64,000 nt of DNA. Source: a virus. Its lineage: Duplodnaviria; Heunggongvirae; Uroviricota; Caudoviricetes. Of the stretch, positions 1 to 10,133 are shown one piece after another (position 1 is the stretch's first letter; each line of letters opens with the position of its first letter). Both the position numbers and the translations under genes were made by a program. The notes below the pieces were generated by a model. That model was not told where the DNA came from, searched no databases, and saw nothing but the letters and a program-made list of their open reading frames with translations. Location: the IMG/VR virus record IMGVR_UViG_3300031999_000001, positions 128,001 to 192,000 of that record, one strand, 5' to 3'.

Positions 1-2
1 CT

Positions 3-1274
3 TGCTTTAATAATTCTAATATTTGCAAAATTTGCTTCCTGTTGTGCTGGTGTTTTAGCAATACTCATAAAAAAATGTGCCTTTTGTAATCTTTTAATAC
101 TACCACCAGTTTGATATGCTTCAACAAATTCTGCACCAAATCCAGAACGATTACTTTGAATTGCAGTCCATGCGGGTATATTAAAATCAGATGCAAGTGC
201 TTCAAATGACTTAATAATTACAAGTTCGGCTTCATTTCTATCTGGAGTTTTTTTATGCGATTCAAGACAATCAAGATAATCCAAAATAACAATATTAAAT
301 TTAAACCCCCATTTTTTCTGATATCTTATAATCCAATTACGAATATCTAACATTGTGGTATTTTCCTGACTGAACCTTTTAATAATAAGTCTACCCTTAC
401 CTTTTAAAATTTCGGCTTTTTCATGGATAATTTTATTAACTCTTTTATTTTCAGTTTCTTCATCCATTTTACTTAATGCAGATTTTGCCCAAATTGTATA
501 GTGTTTACGTTTAATCTGATCTTCAGTATCTTCAAATATTATTTGTAATACATTTTTTTCATGTTCATATGCAGTATTGGCAATTTTTGTAAGTAAAGTT
601 GTTTTTCCAGCACCGCTTGGACTTAGAATTAAACCTATCTCACCTCTTCCAAGACCACCACCAGTAACTGTATCAATAACTTCAACACCAGTTGAAATAG
701 TTTGTCTGAATTCTTTTCTTAATGCTGAGTCAATGCCTTCAATCACTTCCGTTCCATAATCTTCTTCATCACCAATATGTGAAATTTTCACAAGTTTTTC
801 ATCAATATCACCAAGTATATTCTTTTTCTTAATTTCACCATTTTTTACTTTTTCAATAATAAATTCAGCAAATTTTCGCCATTCCTGTTGTTTAATAAAT
901 TCATTTGTTGATTTTTGAACAATATCACCATCATGTAATAATTGTTTATTTAACACTCTTTCATTCCACAATATGATGTTTTTGATTACTGAAAATAAAG
1001 ATTCTTCTTCAATAATATTATTTGGTGTTTTATATTTATTAATTGCTTGATTTATGCTTTGATTTTGAAGATTTGGAACTTTTTCGTTTTCTTTAAAATA
1101 TTCAAGGATTATAATAAAAAGTCTTTTAAGATTGGGGTCATCAAAATATTCAATAGCTAAATTCGGTATTGTCTTTTCTGCAAATTCTGGTTCAACTAAT
1201 AATTGCCACATCAGGCGTTGTTGAAATTCAGGACCGAGATATGCAGTAAAAGTATTTTCAGGTGTTTCTGTCAT
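3..1274 (-). CDS. Replicative DNA helicase, DnaB/T4 gp41-like (3' end runs off the window; not in the ORF track)
   Basis: Translated by hand from ATG at 1274 (MTETPENTFTAYLGPEFQQ...). Walker A GLGRGEIGLILSPSGAGKTT, Walker B IVILDYLD, and the WTAIQSNRSG motif. Confidence 0.9.
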   Translation of the reverse strand, partial: MTETPENTFTAYLGPEFQQRLMWQLLVEPEFAEKTIPNLAIEYFDDPNLKRLFIIILEYFKENEKVPNLQNQSINQAINKYKTPNNIIEEESLFSVIKNIILWNERVLNKQLLHDGDIVQKSTNEFIKQQEWRKFAEFIIEKVKNGEIKKKNILGDIDEKLVKISHIGDEEDYGTEVIEGIDSALRKEFRQTISTGVEVIDTVTGGGLGRGEIGLILSPSGAGKTTLLTKIANTAYEHEKNVLQIIFEDTEDQIKRKHYTIWAKSALSKMDEETENKRVNKIIHEKAEILKGKGRLIIKRFSQENTTMLDIRNWIIRYQKKWGFKFNIVILDYLDCLESHKKTPDRNEAELVIIKSFEALASDFNIPAWTAIQSNRSGFGAEFVEAYQTGGSIKRLQKAHFFMSIAKTPAQQEANFANIRIIKA

Positions 1275-1351
1275 TTTAAAATATATGTATAAAAAAAGTT
1301 ATTATAAAATTGTTTATAATAACTTTAGTATTATTTATAAATAATTTCTAT

Positions 1352-1954
1352 TTAATTTTTTCTTATTCTCTTTAACATTTCATTTCTTTTCGCAGTAGAG
1401 AATTCTCTGATTTGATTAATTGACAATCCTTTGATGTTAATCAAATCATAGTCATCCCACATATTTTTAATGTCATTTCTTTTTATTTGATAAAATATCG
1501 TATCGGCAATTTCAACAACAACATCTGTTAAATCAACCGACCATCTGGCAACAGGATTAAAACCATCTACATAAAATAATCTTTCAACAATTGGTTTATC
1601 ATTAATATAAAAACCAATTTTACATTCAACACCACGAATAACTTTTTCTTCAATTTGTTGTACTATTGGTTGTGGATTATAACGCATATCTGTTCTATAA
1701 TGCTGCGGATATGTGTTAATCATTTTTTGATGATACTGAAACAAATCCAAATCCGCATTAATTTCTGTTTCATAATTTCTTTTAGAAAGAATTTTTTGTA
1801 ATCTGATAATTGCTTTTGGAAGAATATCCCTGATATCAATTGAATATCTTGTAAATGGATTAAATTGATCTGCATCAAAAACTTTCTCAACTAATAAAAT
1901 GTTTTCCTGATACAATGAAAATTTAAACACGTTGCTATATTCCTTTTCACTCAT
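1352..1954 (-). CDS. Hypothetical protein in replication module
   Basis: 200-aa ORF co-oriented with neighbours; no motif recognised. Confidence 0.6.
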   Translation of the reverse strand: MSEKEYSNVFKFSLYQENILLVEKVFDADQFNPFTRYSIDIRDILPKAIIRLQKILSKRNYETEINADLDLFQYHQKMINTYPQHYRTDMRYNPQPIVQQIEEKVIRGVECKIGFYINDKPIVERLFYVDGFNPVARWSVDLTDVVVEIADTIFYQIKRNDIKNMWDDYDLINIKGLSINQIREFSTAKRNEMLKRIRKN

Positions 1955-1986
1955 TTTATTGTAATTTAAATTATTAATAACTATGA

Positions 1987-2018
1987 CAAATATAAAGAGA
2001 ATCTCTCAAAAATGAAAG
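1987..2018 (-). promoter_or_regulatory. Bacteroidota-type promoter (TTTC-N19-TATATTTG)
   Basis: TAnnTTTG -7 element upstream of the ATG at 1954; the -33 element is imperfect. Confidence 0.5.
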
Positions 2019-2024
2019 ATTTTT

Positions 2025-3077
2025 TTATAAACTATTCTTATTATTTTTCTGAAATTCTGTGAGTAATTGCTTTTCGTTCATTATAACAGTATAAAACGGT
2101 TCTACATATTGAACAAATGTACTTCCATATACAGTTAAAAATTCATCTTTAATCATCATATCATATAAATTTTTACTTCCTCTCTTTTCTGGAGATAATG
2201 GCAATTCTAATTCCCTTAATTCTTCAACTGCCTGTTCATTAAGCAATGGTTCTCTTAAATTAATTAATTGATAATTGGTTTTTAATCTATTAATATTTTG
2301 TAATAAATTATTAAGAACCTTAAATGGTTTTTTCTTTTCGGCAATTCGTTGTTTATTTATTTCATTTGCTTTTTTACATATTTCCCTAACCGTTAAATGT
2401 TTATATTTTAATTCGGGAAAATGTTTTAATAATGTTTTATCTTTTATACCATCAATTCCTTTAATATTATCTGAAACATCACCAGCAATAATTTTCATAA
2501 CCAATGCATTTGAATAATGATGATTAAAATACATTAAATAATTTGTTTTATTTACTGGTTGGTCAATATTAGGAAATAATATTATCATATTTAAATCCAA
2601 TAATTGTGCAAAATCTCTATCGTTTGAATATATGAAAAGTTCCTCCTTATTATTATATTTCAAACAATAAGCTGCAATTAAATCATCTGCTTCAACATCA
2701 TCTACTTCAATCTGTCTTAAAAATAATTCTTCGGCATATTCTCGTATTCTCACTCTTTGTTTTAAAATAGATTCTTCCTTTTCCTTTTCCCTGCGAATTT
2801 CAGCAGCCGTTAATTCAATTCTTCCATACCATTTTTTATTTTTACGATTAGCTTTATATTCTTTATCAATATGATAACGTTGAACACCGCCTCCCTCACC
2901 GTCCCAGACTAATATTACCTTGTTTACCATATGTTCTTTAATTAATTTACGAACTGTTGTCATGAAAGCATACAAACCACCAATATATCCATACTTATTA
3001 GTATATGCGTCTTTTGCTCCATGAAATGAACGTTGCAAAAGATTAGAAGAATCTACTAATAAAGTTCTGATTTTCAT
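2025..3077 (-). CDS. 5'-3' exonuclease / flap endonuclease (T4 RNase H, Pol I N-terminal-like)
   Basis: LLVDSSNL, VWDG, YKANR, EADDLIA, SNDRDFAQL and GDVSDNIKGIDGI (H3TH) motifs. Confidence 0.92.
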   Translation of the reverse strand: MKIRTLLVDSSNLLQRSFHGAKDAYTNKYGYIGGLYAFMTTVRKLIKEHMVNKVILVWDGEGGGVQRYHIDKEYKANRKNKKWYGRIELTAAEIRREKEKEESILKQRVRIREYAEELFLRQIEVDDVEADDLIAAYCLKYNNKEELFIYSNDRDFAQLLDLNMIILFPNIDQPVNKTNYLMYFNHHYSNALVMKIIAGDVSDNIKGIDGIKDKTLLKHFPELKYKHLTVREICKKANEINKQRIAEKKKPFKVLNNLLQNINRLKTNYQLINLREPLLNEQAVEELRELELPLSPEKRGSKNLYDMMIKDEFLTVYGSTFVQYVEPFYTVIMNEKQLLTEFQKNNKNSL

Positions 3078-4195
3078 TATTCCCGAATATCTTCATTTCT
3101 TTCAATCAAATCATCTGCATATGAAACATTACCATTTGCATCAACACTTCTGGTTTTTGTTTCAATATCTTCTGCATTCACATCTTCACCAAAAAGATTA
3201 CGAAAATACAGAATATTTTTCTTTTTATATGCATCAAGTTCATCTGGAGATACAAATCCATGTGGCGTTGATATAATTGTACCTTCCATTGAAATGCCAC
3301 CAAGTGGTCCGTCAATATGATTCTTAGCAATATTAACTTTTGCTTCAATACCATAAGCAACTTCACGTTTTTTACTTGTTGCCGTAACTCTTTTAGTTCC
3401 ATGAGTTAAAATACCACCAAAATTATAAATAAGTCTTGACCCAAAATAAAATGTTTCTCCACCTTTATGTTTTATAACTTTATTCATTGAATCATACCAT
3501 ATTTTTTGTACTGCAATTATTGTATTGGTATAAGGTTTTGTGATTTTTCTACTACTTGGAATTATATTGTTAAGCATTGACATAAATGATTTCTCATATG
3601 TACCAGCATTCCACATATTATTATCACTGTCATTTTTTTCCAATGCGTTAATTGTTTTAATACAATTTAATGTGCCAATTGAATCTATTGCAAATACTAA
3701 TTCATATGGTAAATTACCTGCATTTTGTTCAGCCAAAAAGAAATAAATACATTTTGCAAGGTCTTCAATTGCTGCTTCATTTCTATCTTTATCTTGTATT
3801 TTTCCAAACTTTTCGAGCAAATATTCATTATCAATTAAAATGTGATTAGCATTCCAATCAAACCCCATTAATTCCAATCTATCTTTACCTAAATTATTTT
3901 CAATATCAATTATGACTGGTAAAAGACCCATTTTTTGTGCATTTACAATACCTTCACACAAAGCAGTTGATTTACCAGTATTAGTATATCCACGACAGAG
4001 ATTAACATATCCCTTGGCAAATCCGGGCAAGCCAGTTGCTTTTTCCAATGCATCATCACACTTAATCCATTGTAATGGTTTATCTGGAACATCTTCACCA
4101 CCAATTTTTCTTTTATAATTATCTAATGAAAATTCTTTTTTTGGTATCGGTTTTCTTACTTTATCGTTTAAAGGAACTTCATTTTCTTTTGCCAT
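3077..4195 (-). CDS. RecA/UvsX-like recombinase
   Basis: Walker A RGYTNTGKST, IIDIEN, Walker B FAIDSIG, HKGGE and AKNH motifs. Confidence 0.85.
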   Translation of the reverse strand: MAKENEVPLNDKVRKPIPKKEFSLDNYKRKIGGEDVPDKPLQWIKCDDALEKATGLPGFAKGYVNLCRGYTNTGKSTALCEGIVNAQKMGLLPVIIDIENNLGKDRLELMGFDWNANHILIDNEYLLEKFGKIQDKDRNEAAIEDLAKCIYFFLAEQNAGNLPYELVFAIDSIGTLNCIKTINALEKNDSDNNMWNAGTYEKSFMSMLNNIIPSSRKITKPYTNTIIAVQKIWYDSMNKVIKHKGGETFYFGSRLIYNFGGILTHGTKRVTATSKKREVAYGIEAKVNIAKNHIDGPLGGISMEGTIISTPHGFVSPDELDAYKKKNILYFRNLFGEDVNAEDIETKTRSVDANGNVSYADDLIERNEDIRE

Positions 4196-4222
4196 AATAT
4201 ATTAAATTTATTAAAATACTAT

Positions 4223-4252
4223 AAAGGGGGAATTTTCACTCCCCCTTTTTTA
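4223..4252. terminator. Intrinsic terminator hairpin, possibly bidirectional
   Basis: AAAGGGGGA-loop-TCCCCCTTT followed by a T run, between the SSB and RecA genes. Confidence 0.7.
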
Positions 4253-4292
4253 TTTTATGATTTTTAAAATAACTAATTGATTATTAATTACA

Positions 4293-5528
4293 TCAGAATG
4301 GTAAATCATCATACTCATTTGATGATGGTGCATCTTGAGTTTCATTAGCATCTACTGGTGCTGTTTCATTTGAATCTTCATTTAATGCTTCCTGACCAAG
4401 ATTCATTGCATCTTCCTTATATGTACCAACATTTTCTTTAGTAATATTAGTAATATTTACACTTGGATATTCTTCATCTGTTAAATCAGAAGCCTGTTCA
4501 AATTCTTCTTCACCATCAGCATCAAGATTACGGGTACGAGTATTTGCAAGTTCTTCCAAATCAGGACGACCCGGAAACACCCAATGTTTATTATTTGAAT
4601 CCGTATCATCCCAATAAGGATTAGTACCTTTTACCACCATATCCAAAAATTCATATGGTGTAATATTTGGTGCTTTCTTGGGTAAGAAAACATCTCTCCA
4701 TATAATATCATCATCAAGCCATTGTCTCATAACAATTGGGTCGGCGTGAAGCGGAGATTTACCACGAAATGAAATAGCAGAAATTGTTTTATAAACATGA
4801 CCATTGAATTCAGTATCTGCCATTGTGATATTTAAATCAGTACCATTTTTTGCATCTGCAAAATCTGCCTGATGAACAGTCATATATTCTTCCAAAATAG
4901 GAAGAATTTTATCAAGCGTACCTTGATTTCTGAAATTATGTTTAAATCTCCAGAATTTAACACCATCTTTTTCAGCACCTTTATCAATTCCACGAACAAT
5001 ATAGAATTTTTTTGCTTCCCACTTATTTGCTTCTATAAAAATTTCTTTATTTTTTTCATAGATTTTTTTCTGCATATCATTCATGTTTTCTTTTTTTACC
5101 CCTTTTAATGAGGGGTCTTGTTGTGCAAGCAATTTTTTTGCCTTAACACACAATGGACATGGAGATGGTATCATAATTGAAGCACCATTAGTATCCAATA
5201 TTGGTTTACCATTCACATCCAATTTTTTTACCTTTGGGTCATTGTGAGCGGGACAATAAATAACAGTTCCATGTTTTTTCTTACCACCACTTATATTTGT
5301 GATAACAACATGAAAAAATGCTTCTTCAATGTGTTTTTTCCCCGATTTTGGAGGAAGAATTCTAAAAGTTTCTTTGGTTTTGCGAGGAACAAAATACTTT
5401 GCTAAAATTTCCTCACTTGTTTTACGTCTTGTTTGAGTTTGTTTTTTCTGATAATCAGAAAACATCTTTTTTAGGTCTGACAAATCACCGCCTTGGGCGT
5501 TTGTCTGATTTACATTTTGATTTTCCAT
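4293..5528 (-). CDS. Single-stranded DNA-binding protein, T4 gp32-like
   Basis: FRILPP, CPAH...CPLC Zn ligands, GTDLNIT and an acidic tail ending DDLPF; adjacent to the recombinase. Confidence 0.82.
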   Translation of the reverse strand: MENQNVNQTNAQGGDLSDLKKMFSDYQKKQTQTRRKTSEEILAKYFVPRKTKETFRILPPKSGKKHIEEAFFHVVITNISGGKKKHGTVIYCPAHNDPKVKKLDVNGKPILDTNGASIMIPSPCPLCVKAKKLLAQQDPSLKGVKKENMNDMQKKIYEKNKEIFIEANKWEAKKFYIVRGIDKGAEKDGVKFWRFKHNFRNQGTLDKILPILEEYMTVHQADFADAKNGTDLNITMADTEFNGHVYKTISAISFRGKSPLHADPIVMRQWLDDDIIWRDVFLPKKAPNITPYEFLDMVVKGTNPYWDDTDSNNKHWVFPGRPDLEELANTRTRNLDADGEEEFEQASDLTDEEYPSVNITNITKENVGTYKEDAMNLGQEALNEDSNETAPVDANETQDAPSSNEYDDLPF

Positions 5529-5578
5529 TTTAAAAAATTTACAATAAATTTATTTTTTCAATTATTAAAATTGTGCTA

Positions 5579-5610
5579 CAAATATAGCCTTCATTCAACA
5601 TAAATACAAG
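5579..5610 (-). promoter_or_regulatory. Bacteroidota-type promoter (CTTG-N20-TATATTTG) overlapping a GTATTTAT motif
   Basis: + strand CAAATATA at 5579-5586, CAAG at 5607-5610 and ATAAATAC at 5600-5607; upstream of the SSB gene. Confidence 0.6.
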
Positions 5611-5646
5611 GATTTTTAAAAATAAATTTCGATTTCTTTTTCAACA

Positions 5647-7083
5647 CTAAACATTTATTTTATCGTCAGAAACAACTGTAAATGAAAGAGTTTGTTTATT
5701 TTCATAATAATTACCATTTTTTAATCCAATCTGCAAGAAATAATCTTGAGGTATTAACCATGATGTATCAAGATTAAATTCATAACCAGTATTTGTTCTG
5801 TTTATTGAAGTAAATGGTATTACATCTATTTCATATTTTTTTGCATTTGTTGTAAATAAACGGTATTCAATATCTAAAGGTAAGAAATTATTTTGATTAG
5901 CATATAATTCTTTTATTGTTAATTTTATTTTTTTTATACTACCTGCTCTAACATTTTCTTTTTCACCAATTCCCCAGAAGTAAAAAAAATAATTATCAAA
6001 ATTCATCTGATATGATTGATTAAATGTATAATATTTATCTTCTGATATTAAATAAAATTCTCCCTCATATTGAGTTACTCTGCCGTTAATTGTTATTGAC
6101 CATACATCTTTAAATAAAACAGCATCTGGATATGTTTGAGAATCAACATTTAATGTTATTTTATAAATTCCTTTATTTACATTAATTATTGAATTACCGC
6201 TTATTGTTCCAATAAGATTGTCTTCATGATCAAATATTTCAACTTTATTTACAATAATGTTTTGTTGAAAACCACCAATATTTACATATAGGTATAAATC
6301 ATTATCTTTATCAAGATAGAAATAATTTCTATCATCAAGAATTGTATCATCAATTATTGTTTCAATATATGGTTCATAATAAGTATTGGTATGTTTTGTA
6401 TGAAATGCAACTGCTTGTCTAAATTCAGGTTCAAGTTCTTCATAAATATCTCTAAATTTAACGCCCAAACCAAATGAAGCACCCGTATATGCTGATGTTC
6501 CAGTATATCCTGTATCAAATAACCTTTGATTTATATAATCAGTAACATTAATTTCAAGATTTTCATTGCCTTTTTCGAATCTTTCTGTGCCAATAATTTG
6601 AGTTACACCACTAACATATGCACCAGCTACTGTCCAGCCACTTGTTGTTGTTCTTGCTGACCAATTTGACGCTTGTGGATATATTATCGGTTGTAAAGTA
6701 TCTACATATGGAAATTGTGCATCATTATATATAAAATCATAACCCGAACCTTCATCCCAATCTTCATTTATATTAAATATATCCAAATCAAAACTGGATG
6801 CTCTATCAATATTTAAACTATATGATTTTTTTCCAAGATATTCTGAAGCATAACTAATTGTATTGGTCATATGTAACACATGACTTACAATTCTATTGGG
6901 ATTAATAAAACCATCGTCAATCCTACTGCGTAAATCATCTAAATCAATATCAAATATAAACCTACTGACTTGCTTATTCAAAGTACCATAAGATATTTCA
7001 GTTACGGGGTTCTGTGAGTTATTCGTTAGATTACTTTCGATTAACGTAGTATTTTTTTTAAAATATGACCTGAAAATTGACAT
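5647..7083 (-). CDS. Probable virion structural protein (start probably MSIFRSYF at 7083)
   Basis: Aromatic/Asn/Thr-rich composition with TG/SG motifs; GTATTTAT motif 14 nt upstream of the ATG at 7083. Confidence 0.55.
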   Translation of the reverse strand: MSIFRSYFKKNTTLIESNLTNNSQNPVTEISYGTLNKQVSRFIFDIDLDDLRSRIDDGFINPNRIVSHVLHMTNTISYASEYLGKKSYSLNIDRASSFDLDIFNINEDWDEGSGYDFIYNDAQFPYVDTLQPIIYPQASNWSARTTTSGWTVAGAYVSGVTQIIGTERFEKGNENLEINVTDYINQRLFDTGYTGTSAYTGASFGLGVKFRDIYEELEPEFRQAVAFHTKHTNTYYEPYIETIIDDTILDDRNYFYLDKDNDLYLYVNIGGFQQNIIVNKVEIFDHEDNLIGTISGNSIINVNKGIYKITLNVDSQTYPDAVLFKDVWSITINGRVTQYEGEFYLISEDKYYTFNQSYQMNFDNYFFYFWGIGEKENVRAGSIKKIKLTIKELYANQNNFLPLDIEYRLFTTNAKKYEIDVIPFTSINRTNTGYEFNLDTSWLIPQDYFLQIGLKNGNYYENKQTLSFTVVSDDKINV

Positions 7084-7097
7084 GCTCTTATTTTTAT

Positions 7098-7105
7098 ATA
7101 AATAC
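7098..7105 (-). promoter_or_regulatory. Putative late-promoter motif GTATTTAT
   Basis: Recurrent motif just upstream of structural genes, on the coding strand. Confidence 0.6.
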
Positions 7106-7114
7106 CCAACAAAC

Positions 7115-7143
7115 AAAAAAGACTACAATTTAGTAGTCTTTTT
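7115..7143. terminator. Intrinsic terminator
   Basis: AAAAAAGACTAC-AATTTA-GTAGTCTTTTT inverted repeat downstream of the 831-aa gene. Confidence 0.75.
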
Positions 7144-7176
7144 ATTATTAATATTATTTGATTTTATTTCTTTTCT

Positions 7177-9672
7177 TTAAACTGTTTCCACATTTTCATC
7201 AGTAAATTTTATACCACGTTGAGTTAATATTTTCTTTGCTTCTTCTTTAGACATTCCACCCATAACACCAGCCATAGCTCCGGGCATTCTTACAGTTTTC
7301 TTTGCAATTTGTATTTGATGCCATGTTGCTGGGTCACGTTGTTTTAATTCACTTTCTTTTGACTCACCAAGTTCATTTTCTTTTTTTTCTGGTTCATCTG
7401 TTGACATTTTCTTTGCAAATTCTGCTGGAGAACCCATATCTTTATCTGGATTACTTAAATCAGCTTCTTCATTGCCTTCAACTTCATCACCAACATTTTT
7501 TGGTTTATAACCAAGAAGCATATCTGTCATTTCTTTATCATCTTGTTTTTCAAAACTTTCTGGTGGAAAATCTTTTGCTAATTGTCTATCATTAAAACAA
7601 CCTGAAGGATTCATTGGGTCAGTACTACCTGCACCATATTTTTCAACATCAGCTTCCATTTTTTCAAGACGATCATAATAATTAGGGATTTCAGTCAGGT
7701 GATCCATTGTTATTTCTATTGCAATCATTGGGTTGTCAGTATGTTCCAATTCAACTTTCATGCCTTTTAATATTTGTTCTGGGTCGAATTCCAATGGTGA
7801 TTTTTCATCACCTAATCCACCTTGAAGCATTTCACCCGTTTCTTCTTTATCTTGTGCAAGTTGTGCAACTTCATCACCTTGTGGTTCTAATGACATACCA
7901 TCATCAGGTTTTTCTTCAGTATCTGCTGGTGGTTCATTATCTGTTTGATGTGCTATTTGATCATCTGGATTTGTGATCTCTGATTTATTATCTTCATCTG
8001 ACATTTTTTCTTCTTCATTAAAATCAAATTTTGTATCATAAGGTAACGGATGTTTATCTCCAGATTTTTCCAAATCTTGACCAATATCATGTTTAGCAAC
8101 TTTTTTTGCTCCCCATCCTTTCGGAGCAGCAGGTAAATTTGCAATATCTTCATCTCCATATACTTCTTCTTCATTCATTGTTAGTTCATCTATTTTTGAT
8201 AAATCATATTGCAAACCAATATAACCAATACTTGGATTCCATGACATTATATAACCATCTTTACGATATGTTTTATCAGCAGTTCCATGATTTTCTTCTT
8301 GTGAACCTTCATGTTCTCCGGGGTAATGCCATTGCTTCAAATATTCTAATGCAGCATCTTCACCTTCTCTATCAAGTCTTTCAAGTGCATCAAACGCTTC
8401 ATCACCTTGTAAAAATACAACATTTTCATATTTATCATGATCTGTTGATTCATTAGCACTTATTTTAACTTTTTTTATTCTTATTTTCTTTTTCTTTGGA
8501 TAATGTGTTTCTGGTTTAAATTCCTTACCAATAATATCTGGATAATCATTTGTTTTATTCGTATTTTCTAAAAACGGTTCAGCTTCTTTTGGAAATACTC
8601 TTCTTTTCTCAGGTGTTACGGGTTTTTCACCGATAAGTATATTAATTTCTCCCATCAACTCATTTATTGTTGGTGCATAATCAGGATTTCCTTTTCTTGT
8701 GATTATATTATCATATGCCTGCCAGATTATTTTTTTCTTTTTTTCATTTATTTTAGGAACGGGTTCATCATCAACTTCTTTAGTATCATCAGTTGTTATT
8801 TGTGGAACTGTTATGGGTTGTTGCTGTGTTGCTTGTTTAAAACGTGCCAATTCCTGATTTATGATATCATCTTCTTCTTTATCCCATTCATTCAAATCAG
8901 CAATAACACTTTTGCCCGTAATTCTTTCAACCTCTGCTTTTAATTCTTGACTTGTCGGTACATAATTAGAATTTGTATTTTTTGTAATTAAATTATCATA
9001 TGCTGTATTAATAATCTGATAAGCCTTTGGTTTTGTAACACGTTGATTATCAAATTCATCCATTTCATTAATATATTTTTCAAGTTCTTCTGCACTTACC
9101 CTTACATCTGGATTTGTTGGTTTTTCATCAGCATATGCTTTACCTGTTTGCATATTATCCCTACCACCACCAAATGGATATGAATCAATTTTTTGTATTG
9201 CTTCTTCATAAAGACTATCAACAGGTTCTTCTTCTTCAATATCAATATATTCGTCAATAATATCAAACAATTCATTATTATGCTGTGCATTAAATTGTTT
9301 TAATGCGTTTTCATCCATTTCAACACTATTTTCACTATTTGCATCATCAAATGTGAAACTCATCATTATAACATTATCTATTTTATAAACACCTTCTTGA
9401 TCTTGTTCGCTTGAAATTGTTTTAAACGTAAATGTTATATTATTTCCATTGTTGTCAACACATAATAATTCAATAAAATTTTCATTATCTTTTGTTTGTG
9501 TATTACTGTGTTTTACTTTAAGATTACCACTTTTAAGTTCAGTAAATGCAACTTCAAGTACACTTTGGGGATTATAATTTTGTCCAAATGCTTCATTTAA
9601 TTTAATTTTATTAACATTTTGAAACATTTCCAAAAATCTTTCCTTACTTCCTATTTGCTTATATATTTTCAT
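7177..9672 (-). CDS. Large acidic protein with DUF5661-like domain; probable head-internal protein
   Basis: FDPEQILKGMKVELEHTDNPMIAIEITMDHLTEIPNYYDRL resembles DUF5661; internal AYDN(L/I)IT repeat; N-terminal GSKERFLEMF...KLNE leader. Confidence 0.6.
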   Translation of the reverse strand: MKIYKQIGSKERFLEMFQNVNKIKLNEAFGQNYNPQSVLEVAFTELKSGNLKVKHSNTQTKDNENFIELLCVDNNGNNITFTFKTISSEQDQEGVYKIDNVIMMSFTFDDANSENSVEMDENALKQFNAQHNNELFDIIDEYIDIEEEEPVDSLYEEAIQKIDSYPFGGGRDNMQTGKAYADEKPTNPDVRVSAEELEKYINEMDEFDNQRVTKPKAYQIINTAYDNLITKNTNSNYVPTSQELKAEVERITGKSVIADLNEWDKEEDDIINQELARFKQATQQQPITVPQITTDDTKEVDDEPVPKINEKKKKIIWQAYDNIITRKGNPDYAPTINELMGEINILIGEKPVTPEKRRVFPKEAEPFLENTNKTNDYPDIIGKEFKPETHYPKKKKIRIKKVKISANESTDHDKYENVVFLQGDEAFDALERLDREGEDAALEYLKQWHYPGEHEGSQEENHGTADKTYRKDGYIMSWNPSIGYIGLQYDLSKIDELTMNEEEVYGDEDIANLPAAPKGWGAKKVAKHDIGQDLEKSGDKHPLPYDTKFDFNEEEKMSDEDNKSEITNPDDQIAHQTDNEPPADTEEKPDDGMSLEPQGDEVAQLAQDKEETGEMLQGGLGDEKSPLEFDPEQILKGMKVELEHTDNPMIAIEITMDHLTEIPNYYDRLEKMEADVEKYGAGSTDPMNPSGCFNDRQLAKDFPPESFEKQDDKEMTDMLLGYKPKNVGDEVEGNEEADLSNPDKDMGSPAEFAKKMSTDEPEKKENELGESKESELKQRDPATWHQIQIAKKTVRMPGAMAGVMGGMSKEEAKKILTQRGIKFTDENVETV

Positions 9673-9684
9673 ATCTATTTATTT

Positions 9685-10131
9685 TTATTCAAAAATTATT
9701 GGATTCGTCTTACCGAATTCTCTTAAAAAAACACCAGCAAGTGCATTTGCTTCATTTTCATGTTCACTGCCAGTATTGTTTGAATTCGATGTTAATTTAC
9801 CCTCTTTATATTGCTTGTGATGTATTAATTCATGTGCTAATGTTCTTAATATGTCTGCTAAATTTCTATTTACTGCAACCACTCTTAATTCATTTGTTTC
9901 TGGTGTATATTTACCAAATGATTTCATATTTTCAGCTTCTTTATCATCATATGAAATTTTTATATCTGGCATTTTATCACCTAAATTAAGCTGTTTATCG
10001 GCATATTCAACAAATTTGTTAATAACCTCATTTTTCTTTTCAACAGGAAGTACCTGTTCATTAAGATTATTAACTTTTTTCATCATTTCAAAAAGCCTTT
10101 CTTTTGAACCATATGAATAAAATATTTTCAT
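9685..10131 (-). CDS. HExxH zinc metallopeptidase-like protein (IrrE/ImmA-like) with shared leader
   Basis: LRTLAHELIHHKQ with downstream ENEANALAG; leader GSKERLFEMMKKVNNLNE. Confidence 0.7.
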   Translation of the reverse strand: MKIFYSYGSKERLFEMMKKVNNLNEQVLPVEKKNEVINKFVEYADKQLNLGDKMPDIKISYDDKEAENMKSFGKYTPETNELRVVAVNRNLADILRTLAHELIHHKQYKEGKLTSNSNNTGSEHENEANALAGVFLREFGKTNPIIFE

Positions 10132-10133
10132 AA

